From Squalus acanthias (lineage: Eukaryota): a stretch of 64,000 nucleotides of DNA. Within the stretch, counting starts at the first letter, position 1; every line of letters starts with the position of its first letter. Below the pieces are notes generated by a model. That model saw nothing but the letters and a program-made list of their open reading frames with translations. It did no database searches and had not been told where the DNA came from. Made by a program: the position numbers and the translations under genes. Shown piece after piece: positions 1 through 12,902 of the stretch. Where the stretch lies: NCBI GenBank assembly GCA_030390025.1, contig CM059431.1:127474001-127538000 (forward strand). Reading direction: 5' to 3'.

Positions 1-400
1 AAATCTGATCATTTGTGGGCTGGAACCATATAAAATAACCGTGAAAGCTGCTGGATTGTTGTAAAAGAACCAAGTGATTCATTAATGGCCTCAGGGAAAG
101 GAACCTGTCACCCCCTACCTTTATGTGATACCACTCCCACATAAACATGGTTGGCTCTTAATGCTTTAATGGAAACTAGGAATGGACAATAAGTGTGGTC
201 ATGTGAGTGCCACCCACCTCCTGAGAAAAAATATAAAAACAACACATCCCAGAGTGTCTGATATGGATATCGCATGTTAAGGTGTTCAGGAGGCCTTGAT
301 ATGTGTCCTTGGATGGGGACCCATGCAATAGGTCATTTAAAATTACTAGAAAATATCAATGAAGCACAACTGTTTTCGCAGCCTCTGTTTCACCAGTGAG

Positions 401-1455
401 ACATAGAACATAGAACAGTACAGCACAGTACAGGCCCTTCGGCCCTCGATGTTGTGCCGAGCATTGTCCGAGACCAAGATCAAGCTATCACACTCCCTAT
501 CACTCTGGTGTGCTCCATGTGCTTATCCAATAACCGCTTGAAAGTTCCTAAAGTGTCCGACTCCACTATCACAGCAGGCAGTCCATTCCACACCCCAACC
601 ACTCTCTGAGTAAAGAATCTACCTCGGACATCCCTTCTATATCTCCCCCCATGCACCTTATAGTTATGCCCCCTTGTAACAGCTGCCTCTACCCGAGGAA
701 ATAGTCTCTGAACATCCACTCTATCTATCCCCCTCATCATCTTATAAACCTCTATTAAGTCGCCTCTCATCCTCCTCCGCTCTAAAGAGAAAAGCCCCAA
801 CTCCCTCAATCTTTCCTCATAAGACCTCCCCCCCAAACCAGGCAGCATCCTGGTAAATCTCCTTTGCACTCTTTCCAATGCTTCTACGTCCTTCCTATAG
901 TGAGGTGACCAGAACTGCACACAATATTCCAAATGTGGTCTCACCAAGGTCCTGTACAGTTGCAGCATAACCTCACGGTTCTTAAACTCAAACCCTCTGT
1001 TAATAAACGCCAACACACCATAGGCCTTCTTTACTGCTCTATCCACTTGAGTGGCAACCTTCAGAGATCTGTGGATATGAACCCCCAGATCCCTCTGCTC
1101 CTCCACATTCCTCAGAACCCTGCCGTTGTCCCTGTAATCCTTATTCAAATTTGCCCTACCAAAATGAATCACCTCGCACTTATCAGGGTTAAATTCCATC
1201 TGCCATTTTTCGGCCCAGCTCTGCATCCTATCAATGTCTCTTTGCAGCCTACAACTGCCCTCCACCTCATCCACTACTCCACCAATCTTGGTGTCATCAG
1301 CAAATTTACTGATCCACCCTTCAATCCCCTCCTCCAAGTCGTTGATAAAAATCACAAACAGCAGAGGACCCAGCACCGACCCCTGTGGCACACCGCTGGT
1401 AACTGGTCTCCAGTCCGAAAATGTTCCATCCACCACCACCCTCTGCCTTCTATGA
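401..1455 (-). mobile_element. CR1-type LINE, 3' part (RT C-terminal half and 3' tail); continues at 4912-~4975 beyond the Penelope insertion
   Basis: ORF 480-1455 has GVPQGSVLGPLLF, KFADD and RPHLEYCVQFWSP motifs; acatagaacatagaac tail at ~401-417. Confidence 0.93.
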
Positions 1456-1547
1456 TCATGATGTGGAGATGCCGGCATTGGACTGGGGTGGACAAAAATG
1501 AGAAGTCGCACAACACCAGGTTATAGTCCAACAGATTTATTTAATTT

Positions 1548-1580
1548 TACAAGCTTTCGGAGCTGTCGCTCCTTCGTCAG
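1548..1580 (-). ncRNA. Minimal hammerhead-ribozyme-like motif in the Penelope terminal repeat
   Basis: CTGACGA-A-GGAGC-GACA-GCTCC-GAAA-GCTTGTA on the minus strand. Confidence 0.7.
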
Positions 1581-1824
1581 GTAAGTTAGCAATGAGAGAA
1601 TCTCCCAGAATTCACAATTTAAACCCAGACAAAATCTATTCACATAATTCGCTACAACAAAGAGCACAGCCAAGACAATGAGATGTGTCCCAGGGGGTCC
1701 AACGTGTCAAACCACCTGCTGGCTGCATATCCTGTCAATTTGTGTTCTTGTGTTAGCCTTTTTAAAAAAAAACAAAAAAAACAAAACAAAAAAAACACCT
1801 GGGAAGACCGGCCATGATGTCAAG

Positions 1825-3311
1825 TCACGTTCTGTATCGTGACATGAACCCGATATCGCGATTGAGGCCATCCTCATGAGTGCGGAACTTGGCTATCAGT
1901 TTCTGCTCTATGATTTTGCGCTGTCGTGTATCTCGAAGGCCGCCTTGGAGAACGCTTACCCGCAGATCCGAGGCTGAATGCCCCTGGCTGCTGAAGTGTT
2001 CCCCGACTGGGAGGCAACCCTCCTGCCTGGCGATTGTTGCGCGGTGTCCATTCATATGTTGTCTCAGTGTCTGCATGGTCTCGCCAATGTACCATGCTCT
2101 GGAGCATCCTTTACTGCAACGTATCAGGTAGACAACGTTGGCCGAGTCACATGAGTATGTACCGTGTACCTGGTGGGTAGTGTCCTCACGTGTAATGATG
2201 GTATCTGTGTCCATGATTTGGCATGTCTTGCAGAGGTTGCCGTGGCAGGGTTGTGTGGTGTCTTGGTTGCTGTTCTCCTGAAAGATGGGTAATCTGCTGC
2301 GAACGATGGTACTTTTGAGGTTAGGCGGCTGCTTGAAGGCGAGTAGTGGAGGCGTGGGGATGGCCTTAGCAAGGTGTTCGTCGTCATCGATGACATGCTG
2401 AAGGCTGCGAAGAACATGGCGTAGTTTTTCCGCTCCGGGGAAGTACTGGACGACGTAGGGTACTCTGTTGGTTGTGTCCCGTGTTCGTCTTCTGAGGAGG
2501 TCTATGCGGTTTTTCGCTGTGGCCCGTCGGAACTGTCGATCGACGAGTCGAGCGTCATATCCCGTTCTTACGAGAGCGTCTTTCAGTGTCCGTAGGTGTC
2601 CATCGCATTCCTCCTCGTCTGAGCAGATCCTGTGTATTCGCAGGGCTTGTCCATAGGGGATGGCTTCTTTAACGTGGTTAGGGTGGAAGCTGGAGAAGTG
2701 GAGCATCGTGAGGTTGTCCGTGGGCTTGCGGTAGAGTGAAGTGCTGAGGCGTCCGTCTTTGATGGAGATTCGTGTGTCCAAGAATGAAACCGATTCTGAG
2801 GAGTACTCCATGGTGAGTTTGATGGTGGGATGGAACCTGTTGATGCTATCGTGTAGTCCTTTCAGTGATCCTTCGCCGTGGGTCCAAAGGAAGAAGATGT
2901 CGTCGATGTATCTGGTGTACAGCGTTGGTTGGAGGTCCTGTGCAGCGAAGAAGTCTTGCTCGAACTTGTGCATGAAGATGTTGGCGTATTGGGGTGCGAA
3001 TTTGGTCCCCATGGCTGTTCCGTGTGTTTGGGTGAAAAAATGGTTGTCGAAGGTGAAGACATTGTGGTCAAGGATGAAGCAGATGAGTTGTAAGATGGCG
3101 TCCGGAGATTGGCTGTTGTTGGTGTTGAGTACTGAGGCTGTCGCAGCGATGCCGTCATTGTGGGGGATATTGGTGTAGAGTGCCGATACGTCCATTGTGA
3201 CGAGGAGTGTTCCTGGTTCAACTGGTCCATGGGTGCTGAGTTTCTGCAAGAAGTCTGTAGTGTCGCGACAGAAGCTGGGGGTTCCCAGTACGATGGGTTT
3301 CAGGATGCCCT
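1825..3311 (-). CDS. Penelope RT + GIY-YIG endonuclease, 5'-truncated (left arm)
   Basis: MDVSALYTNI, GTAMG, YTRYIDDIF and VVYLIRC...WYIGET motifs; frame is open up to the inversion junction. Confidence 0.9.
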
Positions 3312-3313
3312 CG

Positions 3314-4577
3314 ACTCATCCGCTTCATCCTTGACCACAATGTCTTCACCTTCGACAACCATTTTTTCACCCAAACACACGGAACAGCCATGGGGACCAA
3401 ATTCGCACCCCAATACGCCAACATCTTCATGCACAAGTTCGAGCAAGACTTCTTCGCTGCACAGGACCTCCAACCAACGCTGTACACCAGATACATCGAC
3501 GACATCTTCTTCCTTTGGACCCACGGCGAAGGATCACTGAAAGGACTACACGATAGCATCAACAGGTTCCATCCCACCATCAAACTCACCATGGACTACT
3601 CCTCAGAATCGGTTTCATTCTTGGACACACGAATCTCCATCAAAGACGGACGCCTCAGCACTTCACTCTACCGCAAGCCCACGGACAACCTCACGATGCT
3701 CCACTTCTCCAGCTTCCACCCTAACCACGTTAAAGAAGCCATCCCCTATGGACAAGCCCTGCGAATACACAGGATCTGCTCAGATGAGGAGGAACGCGAT
3801 GGACACCTACGGACACTGAAAGACGCTCTCGTAAGAACGGGATATGACGCTCGACTCGTCGATCGACAGTTCCGACGGGCCACAGCGAAAAACCGCATAG
3901 ACCTCCTCAGAAGACGAACACGGGACACAACCAACAGAGTACCCTACGTCGTCCAGTACTTCCCCGGAGCGGAAAAACTACGCCATGTTCTTCGCAGCCT
4001 TCAACATGTCATCGATGACGACGAACACCTTGCTAAGGCCATCCCCACGCCTCCACTACTCGCCTTCAAGCAGCTGCCTAACCTCAAAAGTACCATCGTT
4101 CGCAGCAGATTACCCATCTTTCAGGAGAACAGCAACCAAGACACCACACAACCCTGCCACGGCAACCTCTGCAAGACATGCCAAATCATGGACACAGATA
4201 CCATCATTACACGTGAGGACACTACCCACCAGGTACACGGTACATACTCATGTGACTCGGCCAACGTTGTCTACCTGATACGTTGCAGTAAAGGATGCTC
4301 CAGAGCATGGTACATCGGCGAGACCATGCAGACACTGAGACAACGTATGAACGGACACCGCGCAACAATCGCCAGGCAGGAGGGTTGCCTCCCAGTCGGG
4401 GAACACTTCAGCAGCCAGGGGCATTCAGCCTCGGATCTGCGGGTAAGCGTTCTCCAAGGCGGCCTTCAAGATACACGACAGCGCAAAATCATAGAGCAGA
4501 AACTGATAGCCAAGTTCCGCACTCATGAGGATGGCCTCAATCGCGATATCGGGTTCATGTCACGATACAGAACGTGA
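3314..4577 (+). CDS. Penelope RT + GIY-YIG endonuclease, more 5'-truncated (right arm)
   Basis: ORF 3390-4577 is nearly identical to the left-arm protein. Confidence 0.9.
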
Positions 4578-4813
4578 CTTGACATCATGGCCGGTCTTCC
4601 CAGGTGTTTTTTTTTTGTTTGTTTTTTTTTTAAAAGGCTAACACAAGAACACAAATTGACAGGATATGCAGCCAGCAGGTGGTTTGACACGTTGGACCCC
4701 CTGGGACACATCTCATTGTCTTGGCTGTGCTCTTTGTTGTAGCGAATAATGTGAATAGATTTTGTCTGGGTTTAAATTGTGAATTCTGGGAGATTCTCTC
4801 ATTGCTAACTTAC

Positions 4814-4846
4814 CTGACGAAGGAGCGACAGCTCCGAAAGCTTGTA
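4814..4846 (+). ncRNA. Minimal hammerhead-ribozyme-like motif in the Penelope terminal repeat
   Basis: CTGACGA core, GGAGC/GCTCC stem II, GAAA, palindromic AAGCTT in the stem III region. Confidence 0.7.
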
Positions 4847-5099
4847 AAATTAAATAAATCTGTTGAACTATAACCTGGTGTTGTGCGACTTCTCATTTTT
4901 GCCTTCTATGAGATAGCCAGTTACTTATCCAATCGGCCAAATTTCCCTCTATCCCACAATTCCTTACTTTCTTCATGCGATATAGTTCAGCTCTCTGTCG
5001 GAATAGGACCTGCACACAATCTCCATTACAGGGATAGTACTGCTAGTGGCAGTCAGGGCCACCACAGCCCTGAACTCTTATGCCTTTGATTCATTACAA

Positions 5100-6750
5100 G
5101 CTTCCTCAGGAGCAGCAACAGCAATCAATCCCCAATACACATATGCATCAAATAGGTCATGGATATGTTGTTCTTTACTTTCCCCATGGAAAATCAGCAG
5201 CAGAATGAACAGAAACTGCAAGATTTCCATAATCCAGGGTGGTATTGATGGCACCCATCTGCAATGTTCCCTGTAATTTTTGTTTTGGTTGCGCGGTCCC
5301 TTTAACTGGCTGCGCGGCACATTCAAATTTTTGCGCAAGCGCAGTTTGTTACATTGAAAGGCCAGTGGGCAGCCTGTGCGGGTCCTCCAGACCACCACGC
5401 AAATTAACAGGAATGTTGCCCATGTGGCCATCCAGGTTCCTACATGTAATCCCATGGCCTTCATGATTGGTAAGGTCTTCCACTCCAGCAGTGTACAGAA
5501 AGTCAATGACCAAGCACAGGATCATACACATCAATGCCCACATTCCAGGCAGCAGTCATGATTACTTCATTTTAAGGCAATCTTATGTGCCTAGACTATT
5601 CAAAGGAGAAGGCAAACTGGAAGGTAGCTCCTAGATGACGTATGTTACACTTTTCAGACGTTGTTCATAATGAGCCAGATTTTGCATCTCACGGTGTGCC
5701 CAGATAGTTAGACTTTTTCTGCAACCTTCAGCTCAAATTTTGTTTGTGCCGTAGCTTGCTATCAGAAGTTCCAGCTGATAATGGCGCGGCGAGTGCAAAG
5801 GGGCATCTGGGACCTCTGTGAATGGCAGGACCAACAGTGTATCTCCTCAACCAATGAGATTGAACGATTGAGAAAGAAACCGAGGAACACCTGAGAAGGA
5901 GGGTGAATTAGAGTCAAATCAGGTACAGAAAGAAAATAAAGAGAAGGAAAGAAAGATTGGATTAAGAGAGAGAGATAAAAGATACAGAAAGGAAAAGTAA
6001 GAAAAAAGTTTAAAAATGGAAAATTTAAAAAATCTCCAAGAACAATTTACCACCTGAAGGAATGAGACTCCGCAGTTTAAGCTGTTCAATTTCTGGATCA
6101 GAGAGGTTGATTGGCATTTTATTAACAATTATCATGTCAGTAAAAGGGTACTTACGCTGTTAGTTACCCGACTTAACTTTCTGTGGCAAGTTTAATAGGC
6201 AATTAATGTGCGAATACAGCAAGTTCTTAAAAATAACCAAGGTTTGTGCGAAGCAAATGGCAGAGCAGTGTAAATCGACTAGCAGGTTCTGGATATTCAC
6301 AACTCATGGCATATCTCTTAATCCCCTGAACCTGCTGGCCAATTTGCACATTAATAACTCCTTGCATCATTAACATGCAGTTATTTCTAGAGCATGACCC
6401 AACCCGTTATGTTGCATCAGCCAGCAACATTAGCTCAGCAAAAATACAACAAATCCTATGTAGCCACCAAGGTCATTACTGAGCATATTATAGGCAACAT
6501 GAAACAATGCTTCTGATGCTTGGAGAGGTCAGGAGACATATAACAGTACAGCACTGCCATGGTCTCCAAGATCATCACTGTCTGCTGCCTGCTGTACAAT
6601 TTTGTGACCCAGAGAGGCCTAACTAAGAAGCAGTGGAGGAGGATGGCTACCCGAAGCCAAGATCAAAGCAAGACACTGATAATGATACTGAAGAGAACTC
6701 CACTGAAACAGCTTTGCAAGCAGCAAAAGTTATTCCTCAGGTACTCATAG
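5100..6750 (+). pseudogene. Old, fragmented Harbinger (HARBI1-like) transposase remnant
   Basis: GGIDGTH(V)AIQ split by a MITE; ...QYSTAMVSKIITVCCLLYNFVTQRGL at ~6540-6620. Confidence 0.65.
5262..5418. mobile_element. hAT-like MITE
   Basis: Imperfect TIRs CAATGTTCCCTGTAATTT / AAATTAACAGGAATGTTG; 8-bp TSD CCCATCTG / CCCATGTG. Confidence 0.7.
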
Positions 6751-7524
6751 ACGAGACCTTCAATTAAATGCCTGAGCCACCAAGTGCATTAACAGGTGTA
6801 TGCACATGTACACATCACAGGGGCCCAAAGCACGTGCCTAAATTGTCCTCTGGAATAGCTCAACTACCATGGATAGCCATCCTTTTATCTGCTGCTGCCT
6901 TATTCTGCACCATCAGAAGAAAATTCTATTGGCAAAGTAAAAATCAAGTGCAACTAAAATGAATAAGGTAAAAGTTAGTAATGTATATGCTTCGTGGGTT
7001 TATCTCAGCGCTTTCCTTCAGTTACAATATTAGTACATCTGCCCTGACATATCCTGTGGTCCTTGATGCTTCCCCAGTGTGAGTAAGTGAAGTAGGTGAC
7101 TGCTGGCTGTGAGTATAGAGGCCTTGTACCTTATCGTGCTAGGTTATGAAATGGCCCTGCACCTGTTTCAGCCACATCCACTGCTGCAATGACTGCTAAT
7201 CCTGCCTGCTCTCTGGCACATCTTCTGTCATTTATGTAGTGTCAGGGGAGTTGGATGGACTGAACACGGCATTGACCTGAGGCAGTAGCTTCGTCCACAA
7301 CTTCTCCAGCCATACTCTGGCTGCTGGGCACTCCCTCATTATGTCCACTGATCTGTGTGGGAGCAGAATTCTGGACATAATGAGGTTTGTGAAGCCTTGC
7401 ATAACAGTTCTCTCCATCTGATCCCGAAGCATGTTGAAACAGAAAATAAAAGCTAAGCATGAACATTGTCTGCAGTCATTTAGGTGTGTGTGCAAAATTT
7501 AGCTACATCTGTGGAGGTGTCCAT

Positions 7525-7692
7525 TACCCACTCCAGACCCTTGAGCACATAATCTTGTCTGACACTTTAGTGCAGTACTGAGGGAGTGCTGCACTGTCAC
7601 CAGTGTCTTCTTTCAGATGAGACATCTGGCCTCTCGGCTGGTTGTAAAAGGTCCCATGGCACTATTCAAATAAGATCAGCAGCGTTCTCCCC
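7525..7692 (+). mobile_element. Deu-domain SINE fragment
   Basis: tgcagtactgagggagtgctgcactgtc and cccatggcactatt, matching the fuller copy at 37285-37750. Confidence 0.75.
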
Positions 7693-8450
7693 AATTCAGT
7701 GAGTTCCTGCAGCAAGCCCACTCCAGACAAGGAGTTCACAACGAACGTATAATAAGGCCAACCCTGGCAAAATCAGCAGTTCCTAATCTGTGTGAGCATA
7801 AAGTCCCATGGCTTTGGCAGCAGCAACAGAAAAAAATATCCTTTAATCTTTTGGTTTTGGTTCTCATCTCCAAAATAAACAATGGGGCCTGTGAGGCAGA
7901 GGAAAACACACAAGTGTTTAAAACTCCTACTTAAGTAGCTTTCTTACTGTAATAGAAGCAATTGCTTCAGCATCACTTTGTGAGCTGATAACTTTAAATT
8001 GGCTGGCCCAATTTCCAAGAATCTGCCAACAGTCTAAGGATTAAGTAGTTCCAATGCTCATAACGAGTGAATTTCAATATTATTAAAGTAATCTAGGGCC
8101 ACCTATCATTTAAAAAAATATTTCTGTGAAAACCTGACAGTCATTTGGAAGGATTTTTTCTTTAATATATAGCATTTACTCCAATTTTTCTACTGTTTTC
8201 TCTCTGGGAGTTAAATCGCGTAAGCCCTGAAAACAGACACAAGGATCGCGGTGCGTGATTAACCCATGCCCGTTCATTGCGTTGCATGAAGCACATTAAA
8301 TTCGTGCAGCCTGCTGCTTTACATGATTGCTCTATGCAGCCAATGCTCCCCGCACTGTTCATTGGCTGCACGCATCAGCAGAGGGCCCGATATCATGAGT
8401 GGCTAGCACTGCTTAAAGGCCGCCTGCACCTCTTAAATGAAAGGTACATT

Positions 8451-9297
8451 GGCCCAGAAATTCGCCTCTCCGGCTTGCCGCGGGGGTAAGGATTGCGCGC
8501 GCACTTACCTACCGCGCCTGCCGTTGTGTTTTGGGCCCACGGGAACTTCAGCTCCTGGTCCTGCTCCAAGAGCCGGCGCGCAATGCGTGCGTGTCCCAGG
8601 GGTGCAGTTAGTGCGATGCGTCCCCTGGGATCATGTGGGCCATGGAGAGCCAATGGCAGCAGACCATCTTTCATTCATAGATTTGACAGGAGACCTGTCA
8701 AATCTGTGAATTGAAATCGGCCCCAAAAGAACAGCTAAACTTAAAATAATTTTTTTAAAAAACCAGCACATTTATAAAATAACTATAGTTAAATAAATTA
8801 ACCACTTTAAAAAAAAAAATTGAAAAAATTAAAATACTTTTTAAAAGTGATAAAAATAAACTTACCTTTCTTTAAAGTATCTAACAAAGATAAACCTGTT
8901 GAAAATTTTTTTAAATTATACTTAATTAACCACTTACCTTGTTGAAAACGGGTCCTGCGCCTTCTTTTTATAATGATGCGGACGAAGGAGCAGCGCTCCG
9001 AAAGCTTGTGATTTCAAATAAAACTGTTGGACTATAACCTGGTGTTGTGCGACTTCTCCTTTTTATAAGCGTAGTTTCTTCAATACTTACCCTCCCGTAG
9101 AAACCTGAAAAAAAATCTAAGTTTGCTGCGTGCGCGCAGCCTCTACCGCGCACGCGGTTCACCTAGGAACCGCCCCCTTCACCATACCGGAAGGTTTCCC
9201 GCGCATGCGCAGTGCATGCAGGAAACAGGCACTTCAGGACGCTTTACGGGTGAGTACGGACTGTGTACTCACCCGGGAAGGGCCGAATTTTTGGCCC
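8451..9297. mobile_element. Non-autonomous TIR element (Harbinger-type MITE)
   Basis: Termini GGCCCAGAAATTCG / CGAATTTTTGGCCC; internal blocks shared with 58629-59931. Confidence 0.6.
8974..9058 (+). mobile_element. Penelope terminal fragment with a degenerate hammerhead motif
   Basis: Matches 4815-4895; TSD CTTTTTATAA at 8964-8973 and 9059-9068. Confidence 0.8.
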
Positions 9298-9359
9298 AAT
9301 TGTTTGTAAGGAATGGTGCATGTTTTTTGAAAAGTGAATCTGTGCTGTGATACTTTAAG

Positions 9360-9600
9360 AAATGGCTGAACATGCGAGAGAGCGAGCACTAAGTATTTCT
9401 GATAATGCACTAGAAGCCTTGGTGCAAGAGATGGAAAGAAGGAGAGATGCCTGTACCCACAGGGGGACAATAGGCTGTCCAGACAGATGCTCAGGAAGCA
9501 GTGGGAAGAAGTAACGGCGGGGGTCAATGCCAGGAGTGTTGCTCCAAGAACATGGATGCAGTGCAGGAAGAAGTTTAACAATCTCACACGAGTTGTCAAG
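9360..9600 (+). pseudogene. Degenerate Harbinger Myb/SANT-like exon 1
   Basis: WEEVTAGVNARSVAPRTWMQCRKKFNNLTRVVK followed by a GT donor at the same position as in the other copies. Confidence 0.7.
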
Positions 9601-9789
9601 GTGAGGGAGTTCAATCTTCAAATGGCACATCCTACCAACTACACTACTCGCCTCATCCACCGCTCAATTTACTACACCCCATCAACTATCTCTTAATTTG
9701 CTTGGAGTTTCCAAATGCACTTGATAAAAGTTCCACATGTGAAACTTTTAAAGATTGTCAATGCAATCATTTTTTCTAGCTTTTACTTT

Positions 9790-10465
9790 GTTTTGTATTT
9801 GGAATGTGGGTGATGCTAGCAAGACCATATTTATTGCCCGTACCTGTGGTGGTGGGCCTTCTCCTTAAGCTGCAGTAGTCCTTGTGATGATGCTGCTCCC
9901 ATGATGGTGGTGGCTAGGAAATTCCAGGATACTGACCCAGTGACAATGAAAGAACGGCAATAAAAGTCCATTCAGGGAGGAGTGTGACTTGGAATAAAAC
10001 TTGGTGTTCTGACAATATTACTGCTCTTGTCTTTCTCAGTGATAGAGGTTACAAGGTAGGGAGGTGCAGTTGATGTGACATTGGTGAGTTGCTGCAGTGC
10101 ATCCTGTAGACCATGTACACTGCAGCTGCAGTGCGCTCATAATGGAGGGGGTGGATACTGAGTCCAGTGGTCGGGGTGCCGATGAAGCTAACTGCTCTGT
10201 CCTGGATGCTGTTGAACTTCGAGTGTTGTTGTGGCTGTACTTATCCAGGCAAGTGCTGAGTATTCTGTCACACTACTGACTTGTGCCTTATAGGTGGAGA
10301 GGTTTTGATGAGTCAGGAGGTGAGCCATTCATCGCAGAATATCCCGACTCTGTCATAACTTAGTAGCCACAATGTTGAAATGGCTGGTCCAGTTCAGCTT
10401 CTGGTTAGTGATGAGCCTTCACTCAATATATGCATGATGGGAGACTTGGCGATAGTCGTTGTGTT
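9790..10465 (-). mobile_element. Degenerate CR1/L2-group LINE 3' part; continues at 14629-~15240 beyond the Harbinger insertion
   Basis: Colinear similarity to 43440-44805 and 59945-60915. Confidence 0.7.
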
Positions 10466-10752
10466 TAAGGGGGCGATTTTCCCAATGGAGTCGGGTTGGA
10501 GGAGGGTTTTGGTTTGGGTGGGTTCCAAACTCACCTCTACTGAGAGGTGGGAAAAAATTGTGATTTTCCCCTAATTTGCCAGTTGATTTCAGAGGTGTGG
10601 GTTGCCCTTGGCCAATTAGTGTTTTGGGACTGAAACTCGCCTCTGCTGACATCACTTATCCAGCCTCATTTAAGGGCTGCTTGCTGCCTTGGCTCATTCC
10701 ACTGGATTTTTGTCGATGCTGCACCACCTCCAACATTTTTTCAGCTTCTACA

Positions 10753-12650
10753 ATGGCCAACTCCAATGCAAGGGTTCTCAGATGAGGCGCTGGGTATCCT
10801 GGTTAAGGGGGCGAGAGCTAGCAGGGAGGTGCTCTTCCCCTCATCTGGGAGGAAGAGGCCTCCCAAAGAAACCAAGGCTGTCTGGGTGCAGCTGGCAAGA
10901 ATCACCTCCAGATCGGTGTGCAGCAGAACATCGATGCAGTGCCGTAAAAGGTTCAATGACCTTGTAAGATCAGGCAAAGTGAGTATACCTTCAGCTTGAC
11001 CCTCCTTCTGCTCCCCTTCTCCTCTCATCACCAGCACTCTGCATTGTCAACATCCTCCTACATATCCCACTTTACCCTTACAACACTTGCACCCTTCACC
11101 ATCCCTCTCACTCTAGGAACCCAATCACTTGAATATTCGACTATGCTGCCCTCACACTCCCTATCAATGTTATGCAATGACAATGACTAACAACGCACAG
11201 GAACCTCACTCCATTTTTGTCTCCTTCTAAGCATTTATGCTCTGGACTCTCTACGCTCACTCCATCATTCTCACTCCAACTCCACTTGTCTCCCTCACTG
11301 CAGGAAAAGAGAGCCCACAATAGAAGGGAAAGGGCAAAGACAGGAGGAGGGCCACCTTCCTTCACTCTTCTCACCCAGGCTGAAGAGGTGGCCCTGGACA
11401 TCGTCGGCGCAGAGGTGGAGGTGAAAATGGGGGACAGACAGACGGGTGAGGCAGACCAAGCTGGTGACAGAATAGTTTTGCCTCTCTCTCATTTACACTG
11501 CTTGAGTGACTGAAATGGCTGCTGGTGTACATTATTAGAATGCCACTTGAGCATCTGCACTATTGCATCAGTATGCCACACTTCTGTCAAATGTCTAACC
11601 CATGCTTTTACTCCCCACAGGACCATCCACAGAGCCCCACTGTCCAGGAGGAAGAGGCTGAGCAGCAAGACTCCTCAGGGGAACCTGCAACCTCTGAGGG
11701 CGCAGCATCAGCAGAATTAAGCGCACCCAGCACCAGCGCAGACACTCACACCTCGGTGGGACCTTCGGGACATAGAGTAGTGTTGTCACCGAGTGTGTCA
11801 CATCTCACAGGTGAGCATCAGCAGGTGGTGGAGACAGGGACAGCAGTAGAGAGTCCTCGGCGGAGGGCGCAGAGCGCTCCTAGCTCTGCTCAGCTGCATG
11901 TGGACCCTGTGCCTCTGGGTCCATCCAGGAGAGCGGTGCTGGAACTCCAGGAGCAGGTGCAGGAGTCTCTGACAGGTCTTTTCTCCAGGGTCACTGCGAG
12001 TGTGGAGAGGATGGAGGAGTCCAGCTCTAACCTGAGCAGTGCCATTGGGGAGGCAATGGCACATGAACGCACCACCATGGAAAGGATCGCAACCTCCGTG
12101 GAAAGGCTGGCTACGGCCATGGAGGCAATAAGTCACCAGAGTGAGGAAAACATGGTGATTATTCAGAATAGTCTGACATCTCTGGAGGAGCGATGGGCAG
12201 CTATTGAACAGAGAAACCAGAGCTTCATGGAAGTCCTTCTGAGTAGGACTGCCAGTGCAGAGACAGGTCCCCATGGCCCCCCCTGACGTGCAGCAAGGTG
12301 CTCTCAAGCCACTTGCAAGCACTGAGGTGGGCCTGACCCATGAGAGGGAAGTTGGTGGCAGACAACAAGGAAGTGGGGGCTCCTCTCCAAGTGCTCACAC
12401 TTCCATGCCACTGCATAGCCCTCGGTCAGAGCCCCACCAGAGTCCGCACCCAACTGAGATGGGCATCTCAGCCCCTGCACTGCCGCAGGATAAGCAGATG
12501 TTTGGCGAGCCCTCACAGGCTCGGAAACCCAGAGGACACCCGCCAAAGGTGTCGAAGCAGGAGCAGCATGAAAGTGAGCAAGGGGCCTCCACTTCTGCTG
12601 AAGCCACAGGGGGAGCAAAATAAGAGAAAAATAATGCACCATTAGTCACA
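10753..12650 (+). pseudogene. Harbinger Myb/SANT-like DNA-binding protein, 3 exons (~10753-10978, 11304-11463, 11621-~12650)
   Basis: FSDEAL..LV...REVLFP...W...QCRKRFNDL, then EKRAHNRRERAKTGGGPP; GT-AG introns; frameshifts. Confidence 0.8.
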
Positions 12651-12902
12651 GGGGTAGCCACTTGGGTGAATGTTTATGTGTATTGATGAAATGCCATCCT
12701 TGTTGGAAAGTATAAAAATGATTTGATGGCCAGCTGTTGGCGTGATGGCATCTGTTATTTCGCCTTAGGCAGCTCCACATTGCGGGCTCTGCGACACTTG
12801 CGTGGTCAGGTTGGTGGTCAGAGTGAAAGGAGGCCAGAGAGTCATGTCCATTGTCTATCATGTCTTAAGATGGAGCCAAGGACATGTGCCAACATGGGTA
12901 AC

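Larger units (their letters stand above)
1456..4899. mobile_element. Penelope-like element inserted as a head-to-head inverted pair, flanked by a 12-bp TSD
   Basis: TGCCTTCTATGA at 1444-1455 and 4900-4911; arms ~1494-3090 and ~3314-4900 are reverse complements; both encode RT plus GIY-YIG. Confidence 0.93.

Noticed and set aside
3160..3592. ORFs spanning the Penelope inversion junction
   Set aside because: They are chimeric antisense or alternate frames of the RT gene.
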